The translations under genes and the position numbers were made by a program. Positions 27,901 to 34,270 of a DNA stretch of 34,270 bases are shown here, in pieces (within the stretch, counting starts at the first letter, position 1; each line of letters starts with the position of its first letter). Origin of the DNA: Oligoflexia bacterium (lineage in GTDB: Bacteria; Bdellovibrionota; UBA1018). Location: positions 1 through 34,270 of the forward strand of contig JAYTHP010000105.1 in NCBI GenBank assembly GCA_043732485.1, written 5' to 3'. The notes under the pieces were generated by a model. That model searched no databases. It worked only from the letters and a program-made list of their open reading frames with translations, and was not told the DNA's origin.

Positions 27901-28779
27901 GGTGTGGGTGAGGGGGTAGAGATGACGGTAAAAGGCCTCACTGAGCACATGGGCCTTGTGGGGATGGCCCGTGAGGCTGGTCAGCCAGCGCTCCATGTCG
28001 CTTTCCCATAAAATTTTCGGATGTCGGCGGCCTAGCTGGTCGATGAGTGTTTCAGGCAGTTTTTGAGGGTGTTTGGACTGCTCGGTGAACTGCAAGCGGA
28101 TGCCGTATTGCTCAAAGTCGCTTTGGTACTTATGATAAAATTGAGCAGCAGAAAGCGGGTCGTTCAGTTGCCACAGTTTCGCAGAATCGCCGTCCTCATC
28201 GCCGTAGGGAGGTTGCTCGGATTGCGATAAAAGTAAAGCCTCTTTCTCTTTTAAATTATTGATTTTATTCAGGTACTTTGCGTCCAGGCTCACGGGTGCT
28301 AGTGCGAGAGCAGGCAGGAGCAAGCGGGTGTGCGGGGCTGCCAGATCCTGCTGCAGCTTGGTGTGCAAGATGAGGGTCTCCGCTTTCTTGTGATCTAAGA
28401 GATGCAAGAGACGCAAGCACTGGGAGCTGTCGCGGGAGAGGCTCCCACGGTCTTGCGTCTGGTAGAACGTTTCAGACTGCGGAGAAGACGAGCTTGCTGG
28501 GGTCTCAGAAGCGGTGTCAAAAAGGGGAGGCTGTTGCTGTGCTTGCTCTTTTTTTTGAGTGCTCTCCGTGTTCGATTCTGGATTCGGCTCTGGTGTCGTT
28601 GTTTCAAAGGTGCATTCTTGATCCGCTGCGGCTGCAAGCACTCTCATCTCGGTGAGAAAGAATTGATACCGCTCCGTGAGTGCGCTCAGGGGTGTGACCG
28701 GACGCTCTGCGGCAAGCAAGTAGCAGGAGGGGGCAAAGAAAAAGAACCAGAGCTTGGGTATCGAACTTTTTTTTAACAT
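24904..28779 (-). CDS. Large putatively secreted protein: GT28/MGDG-synthase-like glycosyltransferase plus a C-terminal CE-clan-protease-like domain
   Basis: Signal-like N-terminus. GT-B motifs VLIITGSYGSGHQSAA, IIITDY and SDLFISKSGGATSSE. C-terminal HHLTSV..LVLSDARG..RTTDHAHSFVVALHD. Confidence 0.75.
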   Translation of the reverse strand: MLKKSSIPKLWFFFFAPSCYLLAAERPVTPLSALTERYQFFLTEMRVLAAAADQECTFETTTPEPNPESNTESTQKKEQAQQQPPLFDTASETPASSSSPQSETFYQTQDRGSLSRDSSQCLRLLHLLDHKKAETLILHTKLQQDLAAPHTRLLLPALALAPVSLDAKYLNKINNLKEKEALLLSQSEQPPYGDEDGDSAKLWQLNDPLSAAQFYHKYQSDFEQYGIRLQFTEQSKHPQKLPETLIDQLGRRHPKILWESDMERWLTSLTGHPHKAHVLSEAFYRHLYPLTHTHIELNQFLIWFLFRYHYYLSHEPQYLRWRMGLYQELSPFFNGEKWEAPFDAFLAELQAAFQPVVHPPAQPQANAQETHEERHKVLIITGSYGSGHQSAASTINHLLQKDPQVVTQTVNECLDLSDPLSIATGGLYRSCQTFTHFTYQEGNKRKATLINILNLKLGEYIPNTHFQELAEITQKAAPHQLISTIHHIEGVTSLAYFFQIPLNIIITDYEFPHSQWFHLNHLDPELVHYSIPAVHSNFFRPLFEKYISQHWDAKIPGTRTRMIWDKFFTAQQEEIFHSVLESLGVFHYLPFPVAPQIRPPENQEEILASRKALGLSLDLKRKVLALAYGGEASTNEITQLIEKILKLQPKLEHPVELAILSAGNAEVKQRISQLLTRAGIPLTDLSPKQGPGTSPPITAKILDRLSYQEEMPHLYRASDLFISKSGGATSSELIESQVYFIRGFKLWPWEIENTQHLESLGLAIPESRLTDANPELKTEKQAIRDFLARYALNVSEASLLYQITETLKLPRRLQKKVSHPQVIAATHEMETLMRLHALDPKLAHKQIAQLSHASKKEKILAYLESFQTRLSAADQRFTLKFQQFLKMTEVLLPELHLPNYFHPAHSRPLPSALGLKALLPELTQATLFPDEPPAPNRIPVSVLSLSELPSALAAWRDKAGEEEAAWIVVHEDHHLTSVLGGYSAAGRPQLVLSDARGGSDEAPWLRAVIKQLAPSTDDTSTDDTSTDDDDDKNETIATSSAGRPAQDLYVFQAPRTTDHAHSFVVALHDVMEQQKESLFPLLDHWKQYHPAQVIPSQQHPLLHYLKTYPDAWMKITPSLSQLKDNHHAWRQIDLTSTATTTETPASTREIASSQVILTLPSPSPPATHLPPYYSPATLPFLAGEPAERAAQQQPILHPLPYLTSEALSPAPLSGNELPTSRDDGSGSEAARSTTPLEAAEGPTALPLPAGVQSHLESAWILGHPTHVNFYPVKKAYLSLGLLLKKLLRDSP
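25696..25737. repeat. Coding 15-bp tandem repeat, about x3 (STDDT)
   Basis: gtcgtcagtgctagt x2 plus gtcgtcagtgct, next to a (gtc)n run. Confidence 0.9.
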
Positions 28780-28788
28780 GTGCTCATT

Positions 28789-28815
28789 TTGTCGGATTTA
28801 GATGAAAAATCTTAA
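28789..28815 (-). promoter_or_regulatory. Putative sigma28 (FliA)-type promoter
   Basis: TTAAGATT-N11-TCCGACAA, ending 9 nt before the ATG at 28779. Confidence 0.65.
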
Positions 28816-29324
28816 GGGTTAATATTCCCAGCAAGCTCATGCCCTAAGGGTGTTTGCCAGTCTCGTCCTTTTGTGCAAACTGAAGCTTGTCCGTCAGTCT
28901 GGGGCCCTGCTAGACGAGGTTGACAGGCGGCTTGAAGGGCTGCGCCAAGCGGACGCGACCAGGCGGGAGGGTAAGCAGCAGCAGTGTTGGTGGCGTTAGG
29001 TTTCATAAAGAATTTTTTTTGAATGAGTTGTCAATTTTTTGCGGCTGACTGTGGGCAACGAATGGGGGGGGTTGCTGATGGCAGTGACGCCGGCACGGCG
29101 CTCTCCTTCCGAAGAACACGCCCCAGCTCACACACTCTCGAAGTGATGTTATCTGAAGGCTGCAAAAAAAGGGGATGAAAAATGCTGCTGCTGCTAAAAA
29201 TTCTAAAAGTGATTGCAATGCCAATGATGCACGTCGGATTGCTACTTGCGCACACTCAGGCTTTCTTTTTTCGCTGACTTTTCTCGTTCGCAGTTTTTTG
29301 AGCGCAGGGTGAGAGAAAAAAGCT

Positions 29325-29810
29325 TCACTTTCCGGTGCTTCCAAACCCCTTAAGGCCGCGCTGGGTGGTTTCAAGCTCCTGGACTGCAAGGACGCTAGGC
29401 GTGCCGATCGGAAAAATCAGGAGTTGGGCGATGCGCTCACCTTTTTTCAGGTGCAAGGGTTCTTGCGAGAGGTTCCAGAAAATAATGTGAATCTCGCCGC
29501 GATAGCCTGCATCAATCACCCCCCCAGCGGTTTTTAAGCCACGTTTGGCAAGCGACGATCGGTCGGCCACCCAGGCCACAAACCCGGTCGGTAGGGCGAT
29601 AGCCACCCCGGTGCGCACCACCGTACCTGCGCCACTTTTGAGGTGGCAGTCTTCAAGCGCGTAAAGATCTAAGCCGGCGTCATCGGGGTGAGCACGGGTA
29701 GGAAGTGTGGCTTCTTGCGAGATTTTTAGCACTTTTAGTGAGTTTAAGTTATTCTGAGGAGGTGAGTCAGCGTGGGCGACGTTTTTTTCTAAATCCTTAA
29801 GAGAGATCAT
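29325..29810 (-). CDS. dut: dUTP diphosphatase
   Basis: AGLDL, RSSLA, GVIDAGYRGE, ERIAQL and RGLKGFGSTG motifs. Confidence 0.96.
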   Translation of the reverse strand: MISLKDLEKNVAHADSPPQNNLNSLKVLKISQEATLPTRAHPDDAGLDLYALEDCHLKSGAGTVVRTGVAIALPTGFVAWVADRSSLAKRGLKTAGGVIDAGYRGEIHIIFWNLSQEPLHLKKGERIAQLLIFPIGTPSVLAVQELETTQRGLKGFGSTGK

Positions 29811-30426
29811 GATGTTCCCTTCTTGGTTGCAATTGCAAGCAGTGTTGTTTGATTTTAATGGGGTCTTGGTCGAGGATGAACCTATTGGATTTGCTGACCA
29901 ATTGCAACCCCGCTTGCATCCTTTGCGTCAGCAAAAGAGGGGAGCAGCCGGAGCAGCAATCGCGGACGGTTCCTCGGCCATCAGAGAGCTTTTCTTGTAT
30001 CCAGGGGTCGAGCCGCTTTTCCAGTTTTTGGTCTCGCGCCGGGTGAGCATCAACATTGTGACCAACGGCAGTCGCAGGACGGTCGGTGCGACCTTAAAAC
30101 GTTTTCAGCTGGAGTCTTTCATTGAACGGCTCGTGACCCGAGACGATGTCCCCTTTTCCAAGCCGCATCCGGCAGGTTACAGTCAAGCGGTGCAAGCACT
30201 CGGGTTATTGCCCGAGCAGTGCTTGGCGGTGGAGGATTCCCCGACCGGTTTGACCGCAGCCCTGAGTGCAGGGCTGCCCGCGGTGGCCATTAGCACGCAT
30301 TTTAGCGCGCGGGATTTAGCCACCCCGCTTCCTGAGCAGCCTGCGCTCAAGCCCCTGTGGGTAGGGCAATCACTGGAGCAATTTCATCAGGTACTTGCGG
30401 CAAGTCTGGCGGTTCCTGCGTCGTGA
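29809..30426 (+). CDS. HAD-superfamily hydrolase (beta-PGM/CbbY-like)
   Basis: FDFNGVL, YPGV, VTNG, KPHPAGY and VEDSPTG motifs. Confidence 0.85.
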   Translation: MMFPSWLQLQAVLFDFNGVLVEDEPIGFADQLQPRLHPLRQQKRGAAGAAIADGSSAIRELFLYPGVEPLFQFLVSRRVSINIVTNGSRRTVGATLKRFQLESFIERLVTRDDVPFSKPHPAGYSQAVQALGLLPEQCLAVEDSPTGLTAALSAGLPAVAISTHFSARDLATPLPEQPALKPLWVGQSLEQFHQVLAASLAVPAS

Positions 30427-30457
30427 GTGACTTCGGAGCGGTGTTGCAGGCCCGGGA

Positions 30458-31927
30458 TCAAGTTACGGGCTTCTGCTGCGGGCGGTCGCTTGCGGCAAGT
30501 ACGGCCTTGAGTTGGGGAAGGGTCAAGGACTGTTGCTCGCCGGTGCGAAAGTTTTTAAGCCCATAGTGGTGGTCGTCACCGCCACCGAGGAGAATCATCC
30601 AGTGGATGGCGCTCTCTGAGGCGTATTTGAGCTGATGCTTGAGTTTGGCGGCAGACGGGTAGACCGAAATGTGGTGTCCTGCTGCGCGAAGTTCAAGTCC
30701 CAGCTGGACGACTTGGGTCCTGAGTGACTCGTCCAAGACGGGTAAAAAAAGCGGTGGTGGAGGAGAAAAGCCTTCTCGGGTTTCATCCAGCAGCAGCATC
30801 AAGCGCTCAAAGCCGATGCTAAAGCCACACGCTGGGATTTTTTCATTGGAAAATCGACTCATCAGCTGATCATAGCGCCCGCCTCCGCCAAACGACGTGA
30901 GGGCTGAGGGGTGCCTGAGTTCAAAGACGATCCCGGTGTAATAGCCCATGCCGCGCACCAGTGAGGCATCAAAGGTGACCTGCAGCTCGGCGACGTTGAG
31001 CGCCCCTAAGTTGCCGATCAGTTGCTCAAGTTCGCGAAAGGCTTGAGCTAAGGGCGATTCAACTCCTGGCAAAGAGACGGGCTGCGGTTGCTGTTGCGGC
31101 AAGGTTGCCTCGGCGCAAAGCTCTGATTTTAAGGCCTGTAGGCTGAGGGCTCCAAACACCAGCGCGCGATGGGGGTCGCTCAGCGGTGCTCCCAAGAGGG
31201 TTTCAAGGCTTGCGCACAATTCGGCTTCAGGCATTTTATCTTTTTTATCGAGTAAGACGGCGAATTCACCGAGCTGTGGCTCGGCAAAACCGATCTTACG
31301 GGCTAGCGCTTCTAAGATGCGCCGGTCATTGAGCAGTAATTCAAAGGCTGGGGCACCGACTTTTTGGAGGGCGGATAAAACCGTGACGATGACGTCCAGC
31401 TCGGCTCCGATCCCTGGGGCGCCCACCAGGTCGACGTCGCATTGAATGAATTCACGCAATCGGCCCTTTTGCGCACGCTCGGCCCGCCAGACGGGGCCGA
31501 TGTGAAAGACCTTCCAGGGGAAGTGCAGCTGCTGGCGATGATTGGCCACCACCCGCGACAAAGGTAAGGTGAGATCAAAACGCAACCCCAGGTCTGAAAC
31601 TGCGTCTTCAATCTCTCTGGGGCTAGTGGCGTCAGTAAGCTCAAGTGTTTTTGCGGCTTGGGTGAGTTTTTCTCCCCTTTTGAGGACCTTGAAGATCAGG
31701 CTTTCGTTTTCTGAGCCACCTAAGGGAGCATCGGCAGTGGCTTGTTGCTGAGTTTGGGGGGCTTTTTTCGCCATCAGTAGGCTGAGCGGTTCGATCGCCG
31801 GGGTGTCGAGCGGCTGAAAGCCGAAGGATTGGTAGACCTCGGCGATGGTTTGCATCAAGAATTGACGCTTTTGAGCTTCTTGGGGGAGAAAATCGCGAAA
31901 ACCTGAGGGGGGTGTGATCGTTTTCAT
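30458..31927 (-). CDS. hisS: Histidine--tRNA ligase
   Basis: GFRDFLP, LRFDLTLPL, VWRAERAQKGRLREFIQCDVD, RGMGYYTG, GGGRYD and GFSIGFER motifs. Confidence 0.96.
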   Translation of the reverse strand: MKTITPPSGFRDFLPQEAQKRQFLMQTIAEVYQSFGFQPLDTPAIEPLSLLMAKKAPQTQQQATADAPLGGSENESLIFKVLKRGEKLTQAAKTLELTDATSPREIEDAVSDLGLRFDLTLPLSRVVANHRQQLHFPWKVFHIGPVWRAERAQKGRLREFIQCDVDLVGAPGIGAELDVIVTVLSALQKVGAPAFELLLNDRRILEALARKIGFAEPQLGEFAVLLDKKDKMPEAELCASLETLLGAPLSDPHRALVFGALSLQALKSELCAEATLPQQQPQPVSLPGVESPLAQAFRELEQLIGNLGALNVAELQVTFDASLVRGMGYYTGIVFELRHPSALTSFGGGGRYDQLMSRFSNEKIPACGFSIGFERLMLLLDETREGFSPPPPLFLPVLDESLRTQVVQLGLELRAAGHHISVYPSAAKLKHQLKYASESAIHWMILLGGGDDHHYGLKNFRTGEQQSLTLPQLKAVLAASDRPQQKPVT

Positions 31928-32123
31928 TTGACGCAATCTAAACCAAAATTTATAGTTTGACTACTTTTGGTCTCAGTTTTTCGCTTCAAGCCCAGCAAAA
32001 AAAACCTACCCTTGGGGGGTGGGGCACACCTCCTTAAACCTTTAGGCAAGGTTGAAGTAAGTAAGGGAAAGCAGGAAAAAGGAGGCAAATTAACCTTGGG
32101 TTTCATCGTTGGAGGAGTTTTCC

Positions 32124-33188
32124 ATGTCTGCTTCTGCTCAGTCCGCTCATTATCAAGCTGCCAGTTTAGCGCGGGGTTCCTTAGGCTTTACGCAAGATCT
32201 GTTTGTGATGCCCTTTGATCATCGGGGCTCCTTCCAAGAAAAGCTTTTTGGGATCAAGGGTCGCTCGCCTACTCCTGCAGAAAGTGAGGAAATTAAGGCG
32301 TATAAGCGTTTGATTTTTCAGGGTTTTCAGCTCGCTCTTGCCGAAGGTGTGTCGGCGGAGAAGGCCGGTATTCTGGTAGACGAGCAGTTTGGCAGTGAGA
32401 TCCTGCAAGACGCGCAAAAGCTTGGGCTGATGACCGCTTGTCCTGCCGAGAAATCGGGGCAAGACGAGTTTGATTTTGAGTACGGCGAGGAGTTTGCGGC
32501 ACACATTGAGAAGGTGAACCCGACGTTCGTCAAGGTTTTGGTGCGCTATAATCCGCAAGGGGATGTGGTGGAGAATCAGCGGCAGGCTGAGCGTCTGAAG
32601 GTTTTGTCGGATTATTGCCATCAGCACGGCCGTAAGTTCATGTTTGAGCTCTTGGTGCCTGCCACGCCTGAGCAGCTGATTTCTATGAGTTACGATGTCG
32701 GTCGTTATGACCGCGAACTGCGACCGGTTTTGATGGTGCAGGCGATGAAACAGTTACAAGAGTTTGAAATTGAGCCTGACGTGTGGAAGCTTGAGGGGAT
32801 TGAAACCACCGCCGAGTCCTTGAAGGTTGCTCAGCAAGCTCGGGCGCAAGGCCGCGGGCAGGTAGGCGTGATTGTATTGGGTCGCGGTGAGAACGCCGAA
32901 AAAGTCAAAGTCTGGCTGGAAACGGCAGCAAAAGTGCCAGGTTTAATTGGTTTTGCGGTAGGAAGAACTGTTTTTTGGGAGCCACTGAAGGGCTTTAAGG
33001 CTGGGTTGCACTCACGAGAAGAGGCGGTGCGTCAAATTGCTGACCGTTACCGCAGTTTTTGTGAGCTTTGGATCGAAGCCAAAGCCGCCGCCGCGGCGCA
33101 ACCGTATGCTCAAGGGGTGGCGCAAGAGAGCGCCTCAAGCTCGAGCCATTCGGTTTTACGAGCGGGCCCGCTAGAATCAGCGGAGTAA
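32124..33188 (+). CDS. DUF2090 / 2-deoxy-5-keto-gluconate-6-P aldolase-like TIM-barrel protein
   Basis: PFDHRGSF, ILVDEQFG, EKSGQDEF, KVLVRYNP, FELLVP, PDVWKLEG, VLGRG and GFAVGRTVF motifs. GGAGGAG RBS before ATG 32124. Confidence 0.85.
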   Translation: MSASAQSAHYQAASLARGSLGFTQDLFVMPFDHRGSFQEKLFGIKGRSPTPAESEEIKAYKRLIFQGFQLALAEGVSAEKAGILVDEQFGSEILQDAQKLGLMTACPAEKSGQDEFDFEYGEEFAAHIEKVNPTFVKVLVRYNPQGDVVENQRQAERLKVLSDYCHQHGRKFMFELLVPATPEQLISMSYDVGRYDRELRPVLMVQAMKQLQEFEIEPDVWKLEGIETTAESLKVAQQARAQGRGQVGVIVLGRGENAEKVKVWLETAAKVPGLIGFAVGRTVFWEPLKGFKAGLHSREEAVRQIADRYRSFCELWIEAKAAAAAQPYAQGVAQESASSSSHSVLRAGPLESAE

Positions 33189-33568
33189 GCGAGAGGTTCA
33201 AGCTGTTTTTTGGCGACTTCAGGCGGGCCGCCTCAAGCGAGCGACCTTAGCAGGGAGCGCCAAGAAAACGCAGAGAGAACGTTAAGAAAACCCTGAGCTG
33301 AGAGCCGGGCTGTGCGGTCGTTTGGGCGGACGGGGTTTGCGCCTCATGAAACAGCCCACAGGCTCTCCTTTCAAGAGGCTTCCCGTTAAACCTACGAGTA
33401 AACCTACGCGGAGTAAGTAGGGTTGCGTGAGATGAAGCGCTGCTTGCGCTCTAGGCGCGTACGTGAACCAGCGGTGAAAGTGGCTTTTGCGGGGAGTGGA
33501 CGGGGTGGGCCTGATGATGGGTTGCATCAAGATCAAGCGGACTGGAGTAGAAACGGTGAATCGACCCG

Positions 33569-34270
33569 ATGAGTAACTTAGAAAATCCCCCTCAATCACC
33601 CTTGCCACCCAGCTTGTCTGCTGTACGGCCCGCTTCGCCGCCTAAGGCCTCGCTTGCGATCATTTTTTTGACGGTGTTCATCGATTTGATTGGGTTTGGG
33701 ATGGTCATCCCTTTGATTAGCACTTATGGTCGGCATTATGGTGCCACGGGTTTAGAGCTGCCGATTTTAGGGAGTATCTATTCCCTGATGCAGTTCTTTT
33801 TCTCGCCTTTGTGGGGCAAGCTGTCGGATCGCATCGGTCGCAGACCGGTGATCTTGTTGTCGCTGGTAGGCTCGACGGTCTCCTATTTTATTTTTGGTTT
33901 AGCGCCTAGTTATTCCTGGCTCTTGGCGTCAAGGGCTTTAGGGGGGATTTGTGCGGCGAACATTTCCACTGCGCAAGCTTACATTGCGGATATAACCACC
34001 CCGGCTGACCGGGCTAAAGGCATGGGGCTGATTGGCGCGGCGTTTGGTTTGGGGTTCACGCTCGGCCCACCCTTGGGTGGGATTGCTGCGACCTGGAGTT
34101 TGGCGTTGCCCGGGTTGATTGCCGGGACGATTTGTGGTTTGAATGCACTTTTTGCCTATTTTAGGCTGCCTGAGTCCTATTCGCCGCTGTTAAGCAGCAA
34201 GCAGAGGACGAATGCAGGCCCCGTGGGGTTAGGGGAGCGTTATTTTCCTTCTCCTTCTCCTTCTCCTTCT
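33569..34270 (+). CDS. TetA/DHA1-like MFS transporter, 3'-partial (absent from the ORF track)
   Basis: Manual translation: IFLTVFIDLIGFGMVIP, WGKLSDRIGRRPV, AQAYIADIT..DRAKGMG, GFTLGPPLGG, LPES. Confidence 0.92.
   Translation, partial: MSNLENPPQSPLPPSLSAVRPASPPKASLAIIFLTVFIDLIGFGMVIPLISTYGRHYGATGLELPILGSIYSLMQFFFSPLWGKLSDRIGRRPVILLSLVGSTVSYFIFGLAPSYSWLLASRALGGICAANISTAQAYIADITTPADRAKGMGLIGAAFGLGFTLGPPLGGIAATWSLALPGLIAGTICGLNALFAYFRLPESYSPLLSSKQRTNAGPVGLGERYFPSPSPSPS
34247..34270. repeat. (CCTTCT)4+ microsatellite running to the window edge (PSPS)
   Basis: ccttctccttctccttctccttct. Confidence 0.85.

Noticed and set aside
28812..29324. Small ORFs or a riboswitch between the glycosyltransferase gene and dut
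   Set aside because: No recognisable protein motifs or aptamer consensus.
33569..34270. Acquired tetracycline resistance gene
   Set aside because: Generic DHA1-type MFS motifs only, host-like sequence style, and no tetR or mobile context.

Overview
Bacterial chromosomal window, mostly housekeeping genes. The gene set and style suggest Bdellovibrionota/Oligoflexia or a related deltaproteobacterium-like lineage (inference). The left end is the edge of an integrated element: a dead IS3-family element abuts an N-terminally truncated tyrosine integrase, whose 3' end reads through the antisense strand of a tRNA-Arg(UCG) gene. Then come ribH-ribBA, tsaC/sua5, murF, a large membrane pseudo-adenylate cyclase with GYF_2-like motifs, an SRPBCC-like protein, RluA, an RlmI-like methyltransferase, DedA, two small beta-barrel OMPs flanking aroE and an aroK-aroQ fusion, a Ni/Co-transporter-like protein, FmdB and DUF971. 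The right part holds mlaE-mlaD (long MlaD with a C-terminal beta-rich domain) plus an orphan OMP, a second IS3 remnant, a 1291-aa putatively secreted GT28 glycosyltransferase fused to a degenerate CE-clan-protease-like domain, dut, a HAD hydrolase, hisS, a DUF2090 aldolase-like protein and a partial TetA-like MFS transporter. Best novelty candidate: the two largest and oddest genes (pseudo-cyclase and glycosyltransferase/pseudo-protease) each have a correctly spaced sigma28-like promoter, hinting at a stage-specific host- or prey-interaction regulon built partly from pseudoenzymes. No CRISPR array or rRNA was seen. All calls come from reading motifs by eye; no searches were run.
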